The position numbers were made by a program, and so were the translations under genes. 64,000 nucleotides of DNA from Tubiluchus corallicola (lineage: Eukaryota; Animalia; Priapulida): assembly GCA_030141605.1 (NCBI GenBank), contig JAQGDQ010000300.1, positions 186,001 through 250,000 on the forward strand, written 5' to 3'. The notes beneath the pieces were generated by a model. That model worked only from the letters and a program-made list of their open reading frames with translations, made no database searches and was not told the origin of the DNA. Numbering within the stretch: the stretch's first letter is position 1; each line of letters starts with the position of its first letter. This document shows, piece after piece, positions 25,901-51,147 of the stretch.

Positions 25901-28703
25901 GTGCACTAATAGCTTTCTCTCTTTTCTAAATTTGTCACCTCCTTCAACGAAAAGCACAACTGCATTGAATACTTTGCTGCCTAGTATGGCTTCTATTAAT
26001 GAAATGCCTACATCATCATCAAACATGGCAGCAAGGAATGATGAAGCATTATTAGCAGACCAAAATTCGCTGTCTTCTGCAGTGTCTCAGCCAGTAAGCA
26101 CTACATGTGTTAAAACGATTCCTGAATCATATGTTAATATGTCACACAATGCAAATGCTAATTTTCACTCGCAGCTGCAAACTGGCCATGACAGTCATTT
26201 CAACAAAGAAGGGCTCACCTGTACAACTAGTTTGCAAGGATCAAAAAGTAATCAATACCAGAAAGATAAAAGTAGAAAAATTTTGCAGTCTTCATTTGAA
26301 GTCGATAGTAAAATAAACCAGTCAAGTAATTTACTTGAGCAACATAAACAAGTGTTACATCATTCACAAAAGCCAGAGTGGAAGGCATCACAAGCAAATA
26401 ATAGCGAGGCATGTATAGACAAATGTGGAGTGCCACGTTCTTGTTCTAATGATGTATCTAACAGGCAGTACAGTGAAGTGACTCAAAACCAGCCATTCAC
26501 TGGTCATGGAATTTCAGCGTGCACTCAAGCAAGCAAAATCAACGTGCCATTTAATATCACCTCTTCAGATGTATCCGTTGTGTATACAACTGCTGAGCAA
26601 TCACGAGCCTTCCCATATCAAAACTTTTATGGTGTTACACCACATCCATCCCTGCAAAATGATTACCAACAAACACCAACCTCAAAATTTAGTGACTTAA
26701 GCAGTGTAAAAGGGAGCAGGCCAATTACAAGCTCTGACTCGAAATTGCCACTTGTGTTTCCACAGGGAGACAAACTTGGAGTGGCACAGTCATTGCAGAC
26801 ACCTGGATATCCTAGTCAGTTTATGTCAGTTCACCATAGCACCAGTTCAAATAAACTACCTGTAAGTGCACACCATTCTCAACCAAATCATACTGTATCA
26901 GCAAAAAATCCTTATTGTCCAGTCACAGATCTCAACAAAAATTTCAGATCAGCCTCTAGCCATCTAAGTACACCTATTACATCAGCAGTTGAACACATAA
27001 ATTCCACATTATCATATCACACAAATACTCCTAAAAGTTCTGGTCCAGTGTACTCTGATGCTGTGGCACTTCAGTGGCCTTGCGTTACTCAAGAGTTACC
27101 TTCATTTAATAATAGTGAGATACGTCATGATCCAAATTTACATCACAGAAGATATTCTGACAGTTCTAATCACCATGATTCCTATATCAATTCTGTGCCA
27201 GGCTTACAGCCATCTTGTTCGAATGCTACTCCAAATTTGATGCAGTCTCTAAATACATATGATTCTTCTGTTGTTTTGCCACTTGGTCAAAACAAACCAT
27301 CAAAGAAAAGTTCCACTTCCCACTCTAAAATTGCTTTGCCTTATTCAACAGAAAATCTATTACAAACCCAGAGTGGAAAAGTATCCAGTAAGGGAGCTAC
27401 TCAGCAAAACAAAGCCAGCAATCCTATACAAAGACGTACGAATAACTGGCCTCAAGTGCCACCTTCAACTTTTGCAGAAAGTACAAATCCATGTATATCA
27501 TCAGCTTCTTCGTTTTGCTTTTATCAACCTTTTGCCTCAACTACTTTAGCAGATTTATCTGCTGCTGCTCCAAACAGACCTTCGTTTAGTGGAATATCTA
27601 CCAGTGTTACACCAGTTCAAAAGCAAGCTGGTCTTATGAATCATGCTGTGCATGCAGCTATGTATAAGTCTCCTAATAAGAGGGTATCACTTTCCCAAGA
27701 AGTGTCAAGTGTAGAGATAGCAGATTATCATATTGCAGACAACTCAAGAAGGACAGCTGGAGCTGTGTCTAATTATAGCATGCAGCCATCTTTCTCACAA
27801 CCTCAATTTGTCAATAATCCATTGCAGTCAAATCATCAGTTTGCATATAGTTATAGCCAGCGGGACAACTTTGTTTTTCCAGGTATGCCTAACAGTGTAG
27901 CGAAGCCTTCAGATTCGCTTGGCTGTCCTCCACCTGTTGGACTTTTAGAGCCTAATACATCAGTATCCCATGAGCGAAGTAAAAAGTCCAAAAATAGTCA
28001 AAAGCACCATAAATCACATAACCATTCTCGGCCCTTACAAAAGAAATCAAAATCAATGGCAGAAGTTGACACAAATCTCTCCAATTCAATATTTGAACCG
28101 TCAATAGGTAGCATGCCTCCTTATTTTTCTATACCCACATTATCACCACCTCGGAATGACGTGCCAGGGCCATATTTACACAACAAACTAGTAAATGCCC
28201 ATTCGCGAGCTCCTTCACGAAATAATCACCATGGGCAGCTTCAGGGTCCTCTCGATAATGGTCCACAGGTGAATCCTGTATTTGGGATGCGGGGTGGTAG
28301 CTTTAACCTGAACACTATACGGGCACCTCGTTCTGTGTCTCAATTTACACCACGTAGTAGTGCTATTCCCACAACTATGCCTGCACATTTACCAAACTTT
28401 AACCTGAGCAAGATTTTTCCTGATATCAGTTCATCTCCAGCTAATGATAGCATTGGCATCCCGCCAATTAAGTTTCCTCAAGGTAACACTCTGATGGGAA
28501 ATCAGCCAGTGGAGCACACCATACAGCACCACCCACAAAATGCCTCTCTGTACAACAGAAGCCACCCTCCGCCTGTTATTCACAATGCAATAAGCATAAA
28601 TAGCATATTAGGCCACAGCCACAATTTTGAGAGACCCCATGTGGCATTAAATAGCACACCAATTCCTCCCCCATTTCACCCACATGGGCATATGCTTTGG
28701 TAA
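19933..28703 (+). CDS. USF3: bHLH transcription factor, USF3/KIAA2018 type, spliced, about 1958 aa
   Basis: Exons 19933-19949, 21235-21358, 21682-21778 and 23065-28703 join in frame: MGKLTSEKEKKSHNLTEKERKDKIRNAINKLGTLLP...NMLQILEASLEYVALIKEKN...IEIRGLQNEIEKLK. An N-terminal bHLH and coiled coil on small exons followed by one giant low-complexity exon is the USF3 architecture. The start codon is the least certain part. Confidence 0.88.
20497..21067 (+). mobile_element. Kolobok-like MITE family A, copy 2 (USF3 intron)
   Basis: AGGAAAACCAGA ... TCATCCTGTTTTCCT-TTAA; homologous to 8894-9475. Confidence 0.8.
21235..21358 (+). CDS. USF3: USF3 exon: bHLH basic region and helix 1
   Basis: EKEKKSHNLTEKERKDKIRNAINKLGTLLPDAYLHVGERKR; AG/GTAAG boundaries. 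Confidence 0.9.
21682..21778 (+). CDS. USF3: USF3 exon: bHLH helix 2
   Basis: NMLQILEASLEYVALIKEKNEHFLEEKLDEAV; TTTTCAG/GTGAGT boundaries. Confidence 0.9.
23065..28703 (+). CDS. USF3: USF3 giant terminal coding exon
   Basis: Acceptor TTTCAG at 23064, in frame with the 1850-aa ORF; S/T/Q/N/P-rich. Confidence 0.95.
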
Positions 28704-29944
28704 ATAACACAATGTTGTTGAATACTTATAAATTGTAAGTAATTTTTTAACATGTTTATTATGATTATTCGGTTCAAGTGATGAATTATGTGTCAAATAT
28801 GGTCTTACTGTGTTTACATCTCCATGTATAATGGCATTGAATGCACAATTTTTGTCACATTTTGTATAATCTTAATAACTTTTTGACTTTGGGTTGATTT
28901 TTGGCTCGAAGTGAAGCAAACTTGGTATTTATACACCACCCAGGTTATGTCTTGGTTGAAATTTTATTGATTGTTGTACAATTATTGCTTTTAAGTAGAA
29001 ATGTTGAGAAAGTATTATTATTATTACATCGTATTCTGTATATTTTGAAGCAAACCTTTAGTGTATAGCATAGTGTAGTATAGATTGTGTTAGTGTAACA
29101 CTGGATTTGCTAATTTTACAGTACATAATATTGCATTTGTGGCATATGGTAATTGTAGTTATGTATTTTAAGCATATGTTAAATTTTTGTTTTCTTTGTC
29201 ATCTACTTCAATCATTGATTCGTTTATCTTTATTAGAGGTGTCGTTCTACTCATGTCATATCAGTAGCTTTTTTACTGAAAATGTACATATTTTTGCCAG
29301 TATTTGGGAGTCTCTTTTAAAGTTGCCACTAATAATGTTTTAACAAATGCGTGATCACTGATTTTAGAAAAATTGCTTTAATGAATGTACAGGAGAGAAA
29401 AACGAGCTTGAAAATATGTGTTTATTCCTCAAATAGCTACAGAGATATCATTATTTTACATATTTTGAATGGTATGCTGAACCATACTGCACCACCTATT
29501 GGGAAATCCCTAAATACCACAACACGGTCAGTTTAAACTTGACTTTTTGTACTATAAGTTTTCACAATTTAAAGTATAATAATGAGGTTTTAGGGTTTCA
29601 ATTCCTTAATGGCACATGTACATAAATTAAGGTGTATGTTTTGTCGGTGCCCTACCGTCGGTAATATCATAGTGTACATTTTAAATCTCCTTTTTTACCT
29701 CTTACTAAATTGCACTTTCGGTCAGAATAGCAGAGTACAGTACTGCTACGTTTAGTTGTGTGACAGAGTGTGACATCATATTGTTATTACACGTTGTAAA
29801 ATTGTTAGTGATATTTAATTTTTGTCATGGTGACTATGGCAGTATAGAAGCATTTATTTTTTGTCCTTGGATATATGTTACTTTTGTACCAGGTATGACT
29901 GACCCTAGGTTTGTGACTTCTGATTAGCCTAATTGCTGGTTAGA

Positions 29945-29950
29945 AATAAA
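29945..29950 (+). terminator. Candidate polyadenylation signal of USF3
   Basis: AATAAA followed by a T-rich tract about 1.25 kb after the stop. Confidence 0.45.
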
Positions 29951-30336
29951 CACTTTTTTTATTTTGAATCTCGTAAGCAGCTAAAAGTTGGGACTTTAAG
30001 GACCCCTTTTTACTTTGATTATCCTTAATATTTTCTTATTGGATCACATTAAATTTGTACAGATCTACAGGGTTTACTTAATTATATTATTAGAATTTTT
30101 TGTTTAGTATAGTAATAATTACTCATATGTCTCAAGTGTATATAGTTTTGTAAATAATTTTTGAGCTCATAAGGTAAATTTAACATACAGCTTTTTATCA
30201 GTTGCAAGAGCTTCTCGTGCTTGTTATTAAATTATCAATGTTGTGTTTATATTTACAATTTTAGTAATGGCATTTAGGTAACACAAGAGTAAGGTTAATT
30301 TGCATAGATTTTTTTCTTAATCTTGTTGCTACAGTT

Positions 30337-30572
30337 ACCATAAAGGTAGGACTCCACGCGTATTGCGTGATGCGTAGATACGCTTAGCGCTACAGACAAA
30401 TGGAACCAGTCATTACCCATCACGGATTGCGCATTACGCGCACATGGAATCCATGCTCGCGTAATGCGTGATGCGTAGATACGCTTAGCGTCTACAGACA
30501 CATGGAATCAGTCATTGCGCATCAGGGATTACGCACTGCGCAAAAGCGCGCAAGGAATCCTACCTCTATGGT
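30337..30572. mobile_element. CpG-rich MITE (Harbinger-like) with an internal 101-bp duplication
   Basis: TIRs ACCATAAAGGTAGGACTCC and GGAATCCTACCTCTATGGT. The internal unit cgcgtaWtgcgtgatgcgtagatacgcttagcg... occurs at 30357 and 30458. Confidence 0.8.
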
Positions 30573-31013
30573 GCATAACTGAGTCGTATAGATTCAGAAA
30601 ATGTAAAGAATTGTTACAGAATTTGCAGCTTTGTAATAAAAATGCATTCTTGCGCGGTTGTTACTTGCGCTAACTATGCTTTTACTGTTCTGAAATAAAA
30701 TTCAGAGAATTCTGGAAAATGGATACACAATTGATTTTAACCATTTCGAGTAATTTTTGTTCAGGGGGCGGTGGGCTTCAAACTGTTCACCTTGGTGCTT
30801 TATCAGTTTGTTCTATCATGTTCAGTCCAATCTTAGGTAATATAAGATGAAAGAGACTTCAAATAAATGACAACATCATGTAATAGATATAGTACTAAAA
30901 ATAGAATCAGTGTAACCTCATTATAACGCCTCCCCCTCCGTTTATAATACCCCTCCCTCGTTTATAATGCCAACTTGCTGAACGCCCAAATTTTTAGCAG
31001 AACAAAAATATCA

Positions 31014-31283
31014 GCTTACTGTAATTTGCGAAACGAACTGTAGAGGAAGAGACTAGATACAGGAAGTAAGAAAGAGGGAACGAGGGAGAGAAAGAGAGTA
31101 GGAGGAGAGAGAGTGAGGGCGAAAATGAGAGTGTATGTGTGAGTGAGGGAGAGAATGAAAGTGGGAGAAGGAAAGATAAAGAGAGTGTGAGAGCGAAGGA
31201 GAGTGAGAGGGGCAGAGAGAGATTGTAAAAGCTTTGCTTAGCTGAATAGGAATTTCCAGTTCGTTTCGCAAATTACAGTAAGC
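31014..31283. mobile_element. MULE-like MITE with perfect 27-bp TIRs and a GA-rich core
   Basis: GCTTACTGTAATTTGCGAAACGAACTG at 31014-31040 with its exact reverse complement at 31257-31283. Flanks aaaatatca / aaaatatcc. Confidence 0.8.
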
Positions 31284-31818
31284 AAAATATCCATATTTGC
31301 ATAAACACGTAATAATGCACCTCGTTATAATACCAAACTCGCTTAATGCCAATTTTTTTTGCAGTCGCGAAGTAGGTTTGAATTTGAAGAAAAAAATATT
31401 GCTCCACAACAGGTATGCAAATTCGGCTACACCTAGCTTACTAACTCCTTTATTCACTTCTTTAACGTGTTTTGCTGCTTGTTTGTTTTTGTTTGTTTGT
31501 TTGTTTTCTTTACACTGGTGTTTATAACAAAATAGTTGTACAAAGATTCATTTTCTTTTTTTCCATTTTTTCCCCGAAATTATTAATGAAGTCATAATTG
31601 CGGAAAATAAAACATTAAAATTTCATTAGTTGGTATTGACGAATTTCGAAAGCATTCTGCTTTCATTTAATTCCGATTCTGCATAGCTTGAAGTGAAAAG
31701 CCAATTATGCTTTTTTCCTGTACCATTCCGCCTAGGCTGGATTCAGTTGATCTTATTAAGTAATTTAATTTTGGTACCAGATACCACTGATTCACGAACG
31801 ATCACCATTTTTGTTGTA

Positions 31819-32141
31819 CAGTCGACCCTCGTTAAACCGGACCCCGTTAGCCCGGATATCGGGTAAGATGGACGTCATCCGTGGTAAAGGAAACTGACCG
31901 ATTTCCGTCCGAGCCGGAGCGCTGAACACAACACGGCCTACCAACTGTACAATAATTTCTTCATCTTCACAGGTTAACTATTTTAAAGTAATATACAGTA
32001 TAGTATATAGTGCAATGGACATAGGCCTTTTTAAGGTGATTATTCCTGTATAATATAGACCATATATAGGCATATCGGATAATCGGCTAAACCGGACCAC
32101 CCCCCCACCCCCAATTAGTCCGCTTTAACGAGGGTTGACTG
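31819..32141. mobile_element. Tc1/mariner-pogo (Tigger-like) MITE
   Basis: TA|CAGTCGACCCTCGTTAAACCGGAC ... GTCCGCTTTAACGAGGGTTGACTG. Confidence 0.85.
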
Positions 32142-34285
32142 AATTTGTTTTTGTTCTATATTGTAACATCGCCATTTATCATTGGATTTCAGTAATTTAA
32201 TTTTAAAGCAGATCACAAAAACATCAAACTCCAAAATAAAGTTCTAATTTTTAATTGCACAAGTTTAGGTCAGAGCGCGAAAACGCAACCGTTTTTGGCC
32301 AAAATCAAGCCGCACCTCCAAACTGTTTCAAAAAAAGTTCCTAGTTCTAACAAGTACCAGCCCATCAATTTCCAGGGCCCAAGTGCTAAGAATAGTCCCA
32401 CAGTAACCATGCAACACCCATCTCTCTAGGGCAAGCACTTTCCACTACCCCCAGGACGACATACACTTACCTTCACATACTCAAACATCACTATACTTAT
32501 CACACCACACTAACTTCTTTTTACTAGTATTTATTATTAATTATTGTAGGCCTAATTGTATAGACGTATGATTGCTAGACAAATCGATTTTTGACAGTGT
32601 TATTAGAAATTTTGCAAAGAAAAAAACAGAAAAGCACATTTCAATTTAACTCTAGTTGAATGTTAAACTAATCTTTTGTTTTTTTAAGAAAAGTATTTTC
32701 CTTTGAAAGAATTTATTATGAACGTTTAAAAAGCATTTCACTATGAAAAACCCTGAACAATGATTAGTGAACGTAACCGTAAATACTGATTTATCTTGCT
32801 GCATTAAGTGAATATGTTTGTTACATTATGTTATATCTGATCATGAAAATAAATGAGAATTTATGAGAGTTTTATATGTGGATTTGCTGAACACCAAATC
32901 CTCAATTTGAGAAAAATCTTTGCCTGCTTCGGGTCCCAAAGGGTCTTGTACCGTTTGCTAGTGGTCCTAAAGTCCTGATGCTCATTGTTTATAAAAATAA
33001 CCATTTTACTCTGATTAGTTACTCTATTCCACATTTCTGTGACCAAAACGAGTTTTTAATTTTCGCTGTAGATCATTTAAAAGGGCGTATATAGGTTTAT
33101 ACGAACCACATAAATCAAATTCTTGTTAATAATGACTGACAGTAAAAATTCACACACTTAAGATTGAGCCTTTTAATCGAGTAACATTTAACCGAGGTTC
33201 AATTTTCGGATTAAGTTCAGGTTGAGCCAGACAAAAAGTTTTTACCTGAGAAAAGTATAACCTTTACTCTGCGCAAAGTTGAAACTATTATTAAATTTCT
33301 AAAAAAAAAGAACAGCACTGCACAGCGGCTAAACAGATACAAAAGAAATTTTCACCTTCAATAGTAACTAATCGCGCTCCTTAATCCGCTGAAAAATCAG
33401 GATTCCATTGTTGGTATTTCTAAAGCAGGTGGTGAATTTCATACGTAACGCTAATGCACTTTGGCGCAATTTACAATAGTGTCACTTTGATTAAACGAAG
33501 ATGCTGATTTTAATACCTACGGATTTTAATCGGATTATCTGACTGAACTTGTAAATAAGAGTCGAAATTTTTGTTGTTACTTTCATATTTTTCTAACTAT
33601 CAATGTTGTTATGTTTACATATTTTTTAATAAAGACAATTAGGTCTAGGTTTTTACCGAATTTTTAGAGGCACGGTTAGCAGTTATTATTAAGAGCCCAT
33701 TTCAAAGAAAATAAAGGCAGAATCATTACAACGCTATTTTTCGAGTAGACCACTTTATAAAATTAATAAATCTAGTGGCAGCTCAAGGTAATAGGTTACC
33801 GAAAATATGAACACAGATCTAGAAATATACAACGCTTAATAACTAATTTGATAGAGGATAACTGCAAAATAATCTTCTTTAATCGAAAGAATTTTAAAGA
33901 ATTTTACGGACGAAAAGTGTGAAGAAAACCGGATTCATAAGCAGCTGTACTGTACCTAGGAATATTGAGGTTAAATTACGAGAAGCAACGGCAAAATTAC
34001 TACTAACAGTAACGTGATAAAACCAATGAATAAAGATCTCGAAAGCATGTTCTGTAAAAGTAACAACAAAAGTAGTTTTATGTACGATCTATGCGTTCTG
34101 GTAAGCCGGACATTGGAGAATTGAAACTCCGTTGCAAAATCTGACCCAGTCAAAGAAAGAACATGAAATTACAATCTGTCAGGTGACTTTATGTAATACA
34201 TGTAAGTTGAAACGCCAGCTTAGAAGTGACTGCAGTATTTCTTCTAAGTCGATTTGCGAAAACAGAGTATGTAGTTTTAAAAATT

Positions 34286-34990
34286 AAGATAGATAAGATA
34301 CTTTATTTATTTGTCGACATTTAAAACAGGCAATATGAGCCAAAGCTACTGCAATCAACACATACAGAGAGAATTTACATCTTTAAAATACACAATTAAA
34401 TAAGAAATCTAATGACTGGAAAGTAAAAAACGTGACACCAATAAATTTTATGCACTATTTAGTATCACAAAATAATCTGTTATTCAAGTCGACAAAATTA
34501 TACCCTCTTTGAAATCGTTTACAGGTTTCGTCATACCAAAAATATTTAAATGACCCTAGACTGCAGTAGCCGCCTGGATGTTTTTAGGTCGGCCATTCCA
34601 CAACTTTGCTCCTTGGTAACGTAGAAAATTAAACCATATGTGGTAGTATTGACACAAGGGAACAAAAAGTTCTTGAATATATGGAGGGTCTAGAGATAGA
34701 GCCAGTTGTATACCTCAGTTACTAAGAACCCAAGTCTGCCAAGTTAGATATTTTCTATAGTAGCTAAGATCCAAGCGTTTGCATACAGTGTGCAACTGAA
34801 GCCAATTTCCATGATGACAGAAAACATGAGATATTACAAGCGCTAAAAAAGCTAGTTAGCGCAGAACACTGTATAGGTTTCAAATTTTTAAGTTGACAGG
34901 TAGACTTTCATTGTGCACAAAAGCTTTGGATAGATAATTTGATGATTGATACATGGTAGTCATTGAGTAATACGTTGAACATACGACACC
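34286..34990 (-). mobile_element. 3' fragment of a CR1-group LINE
   Basis: Minus strand GFNFLRYQGAKLWN at about 34590-34635; AATAAA followed by a (TATCT)-type tail at 34286-34310. Confidence 0.6.
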
Positions 34991-35124
34991 TCGCAGATCA
35001 ATGAACAACAACAATCAAAACAAACATCATCAGTGATTCGTATAATAACCCAGTACAAGTAGAAAATAAAATACAAGCGAACAGACAACATTTCATTAAT
35101 ACGAATGTAATCCTAATCATGCAT

Positions 35125-35560
35125 TTAAAGGAGAAGAATACGGGTACCTGAAGTAGATTTCAGAAAAATCACCTTAAAAAAATTATGTTACTTTATAGCT
35201 ATTATACGTACATAGTAGCATATCGTACTCGCGTTGAAATTTTCATTTGTTTTCATTTTAAATCTCCCGCAATACTGTTCCGACCGCGCCATATGCGCAC
35301 AACGTAAATGTGAGGAAGAAAAGGAAATGTTAAATGTCCCAAAAAAGTTATATTACTTAGCATTTCGCTTACCTGCTTGAAAGACTTGTGTGACTAGAAA
35401 ATAAAATTTAACCAGAAACATATTTTTAATCTTAATGACAAGATACAGTAATTTAAAATTTGACTTATTTAGTAAGTTATCATCAAAATGGCTGCGTCTA
35501 ACGGTCATCGCGGGAGTTTAAATCTACGTGTTTTGTACAGCGTTACTGCCCACGCAAGCC
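35125..35560 (+). mobile_element. TTAA-AGG-starting DNA transposon remnant (family C)
   Basis: caaaatggctgcgtctaacggtcatcgcgggagtttaaa and aaagttatattacttagcatt recur inverted at about 56440-56480 and 56723-56743. Confidence 0.55.
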
Positions 35561-36429
35561 CTGCATGTTTAAAAGTAATGTAAGTGGTATACAATTTCAA
35601 GACGAATTTCTTAAGCTTTATATAAGTGGAGGGTTTTCTTGCGCTTTAAAGAAATTTAGCATTACATTCTTGGTAAAGGAATCTGTCGCATCTCACACCC
35701 GGTTTTTTAAAAAAATAATTAAAAAGCAGTAAAATTATTTCTAAAAGCTCTACATTCTTTATTTTTCGTTATGAATAAAAATTTTATTTTAAATTATGAA
35801 ATAATATTTTCATTACTCATTCTAAGAAAATCAGAACACAGCTAAGTATTTTTTGTATAGCATTTAACTCTTAGTTTGTTGTGTTGAGAGCAGTATAAAA
35901 TAGTACAAAATGTTTTTCGTTCTATATTGCAATGTTTGCAGAGTTTTCATTAATGGGTATTTTATCTACGTTGTGGAACATGCCAGATTCTATATGTAAA
36001 CAATGGGAACTTATTCTTACTTTGGTGAAAACAACTTTTGATTTAAACCAATTTAAATCATCATTGCTTGGGTCCAGCGTTGAGATTATGCGATGTGATA
36101 CGGAAATCAGACATTGGAGAATTAGAGGTGGAAATAATGAAAGCTGTTGTAGACCGGCTGCATGTTAGAATTCTCACTAAAAGGCTGGGCAGGCAGTTCA
36201 GCAGGAGGTAAGATTTCTGACCCGTAACTAGCAGAGATAGGAAACTTAGTGCAGCTGTAGACGCAGTTAGCAACGCGCTAGAAACTTTTCGAGCCTAATA
36301 TTTACATTTACTTAACATTTATTAGTAGCAAAAATAAATACGAGACAAAGAATTCACACAATTTCAATTATGAAATATGGTGACACTACAAACAAACAAT
36401 ATTGATAAAATACATATAAGAGTTGGTTG

Positions 36430-37186
36430 AATTGGGCCTTGAACCGATTTTGAATATTTCAGTTTTGCAATCTCCGGGGTTTTTTCTAGTTTAATGAAAG
36501 GACACATTTATAAAATGGACGATTTTATGTACAAAAATGAACTGATTTTTTTGCTCAACAATGAAACTTTTAGTACATATGACGAATGCACTTCAAAATT
36601 CTACTATTATGTCAATAGTAATTACAATTCACTTAGTTAGCATGTTGTGCTTATTTTGTTTTATCATTTAAACTTAGAAAAAATAACAAAGAAATTTTCA
36701 ACAAACTGCCACTAAAGCATAAAGTTAATTTTCAACTACAACTAGCTAGAAATTTTCATGAGTAGTATGATTCAGAGGCCATTAATTAACTTGAAAATTA
36801 TGACGTAACTGGTGGATTTCGTGACTTTTCATAAGCGCATCGTGATATTCCGTAAGTGCGGGCTGCTTAAACTAATTCAAACTTCTGCAGCTCACCTAAT
36901 GTTCACACGAAAACACCATCAAATTACCTATCTAATTTTTTGTGAAAACTTATACTTTTGACGGAATTAACAGTGCGCTACTTTTCTTCAGTCGATGAAC
37001 AACAATTTCTTGTCATTCGTGGAATAATAAGCGTTCAAAATGAGAGCGCCCAAGAGTAAAATTATCGCGACTTTAGATGATTTTACAAAATGCACCAGAC
37101 GCTTATCACACTTCTATTGCGAAATCATTCTAATACTTTTCGCGAACATAGGCCCAACTTCCCAACAGGCTTTGCCTTTCTTTTAA
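36430..37186 (-). mobile_element. Kolobok-like element family B, copy 1
   Basis: Ends CTTTGCCTTTCTT-TTAA; inverted homology over about 650 bp with 42117-42760. Confidence 0.7.
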
Positions 37187-37674
37187 AGACAGGTTATCGA
37201 CGTTCAAAGTTTTGTCTTCTATCCAATAGCACTTTGTATTTGTTTGCCTATCGTTTTGACAAAACGTGTTAATTTGTTCCTAACAGTAAACTTGTGTATT
37301 TCACACACTACAAGCCCACACAAGCCCTCAAAAGATAGTCCGCACTTAGCTGTCTATCGGCACAAGTTAAAAGGTATCATGCCAAAGCAAATACTATATA
37401 CAGGCTATTATGGTGAAGCATTGGATATAAGGTAAGAGAGCAAATGATAAGGCAGTATCAGTAAACATCCTTGGGTACATAAATAATGTTAAAGAAGGTT
37501 TATAGCCCAAATAATCCAAAATGTCTACTTTTGGGCAAGCAAATCAGTAAGCTTGTGCGGTTAGCATGAATACACTGTATATATGAGCTGCACAACATTG
37601 CTACGTGCATGGACATCGTTTTGATCATTAAAGTTTACTTGTGTTGCCTTTGAATTGTATCATTGTTTGTTACC

Positions 37675-49902
<12,228 letters not shown>

Positions 49903-50699
49903 ATTAACAAAGTTACCCGAAAATGCAAAGATAAGCTGACCAGTGACCAATGAGAACTATTAATATATTTAGTGAATGGACATTGAAAGGTCAGTTATAG
50001 TGCCTGGATCTAGCGAAATGTCGAACCCGGCGAATAAGTTGAACTGAATGCCGGACAGCGAAACATCGAAAGGCGTTAATGCGCGAACGCCCAGTAGTGT
50101 TCTCTTGCCTGCCGTAAGAAAAATGTCGAGCGCGATTTAGTAAATAAGACATTTATTCCTCGTCTGTTGTCTATTCATCAAGAAAATGTGAGTAGTCGTG
50201 TAGTCATGCGTTGTGCTTCAATGGTCAACGATACAAAAACCTATAATGTACTTTTATTCCCAAACACTGTATTGCCGTGTAGTAACATACAAATTATTAG
50301 GAATTGTTAGCCTTTTTTGATAATGACTTTAAATTAATAAAAAAGTATTTACGTTTGTACATATTTTCCCTATCTTTTATCATTTATGTTAAATTATATT
50401 ATGTTTAGGCCTACACGTAAACGATTTATCACAAGTTAGACATCTTACAATTCTCTTAGTTTGTTAAAAATTTGTTTTGATATTGCCTAAACGTAAACAT
50501 TTAGCACATTAAGACATCCTATAACTCTGTCAATTTGTTAAAATTTTTGCATTCAGTAGCAAAAATTGTTTTCACACAAACCTCGATTGTTTAATGCACA
50601 CGTTATCATCATGTCGAACAAAATTAATGTCTAACATTTATTTACGACAGTGAAACATTTAGTTTAACGATTACACAAAAAAAGCAGATTGACACTTTT

Positions 50700-51020
50700 C
50701 ACAAAGTTGTACTAAGAAAAGTTTTAAAGATAAAATGGCCGTATATAATCAAAAATGAAGATTTATACACTAGAACGAAAGAAATTCCTTGGAGTTGAAA
50801 AGTCAGGCCTCCAAAATTAAGATGGCTAGGATTCTTAGTTTTACCAGGCGAAACACCAGTAAGAATCGCCTTAAGGGAAGCCTTAAAATCTTGCAAAAAA
50901 CCACCTGGCAAGCAAACAATAACTTGGACATATCGAAGATAAATATGTTCAACAACTTCAACCAAATCTAGGTTTGGGAGCAGACGAACTTACGCTGTTA
51001 GCTGCACACAGTAGGTGGAA
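50700..51020 (+). mobile_element. Degenerate RTE-like LINE C-terminal fragment
   Basis: Frameshifted KLRWLG, PGETPVRIAL and PPGKQTITW resemble the RTE motifs RLRWLGH and RPRGRP..TW. Confidence 0.45.
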
Positions 51021-51147
51021 TAGTCTAATAAATGGTAATGAATTAGTGTCTACAACATTGATACATAAATTCAAGAAAAGAATTTACACTTATCTAGGTT
51101 ATAAGACCATAATTATTGGCAATACAAAGTACATTTACTGCAATTAG

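Noticed and set aside
23250-27549. Small overlapping and antisense ORFs inside the USF3 exon
   Set aside because: Shadow ORFs with no recognisable motifs.
23151-28703. Stand-alone intronless 1850-aa gene
   Set aside because: The frame extends to an acceptor at 23064 and splices in phase to upstream bHLH exons, so it is the last exon of USF3.
30357-30545. CRISPR-like repeat-spacer array
   Set aside because: Only two long units inside a TIR-bounded element in eukaryotic DNA, with no cas genes.
36060-37440. 5' UTR exons of SLC5A paralogue 1 (donor-like sites near 36208 and at 37432)
   Set aside because: No convincing acceptor before the ATG at 37675, so it cannot be supported without transcript data.
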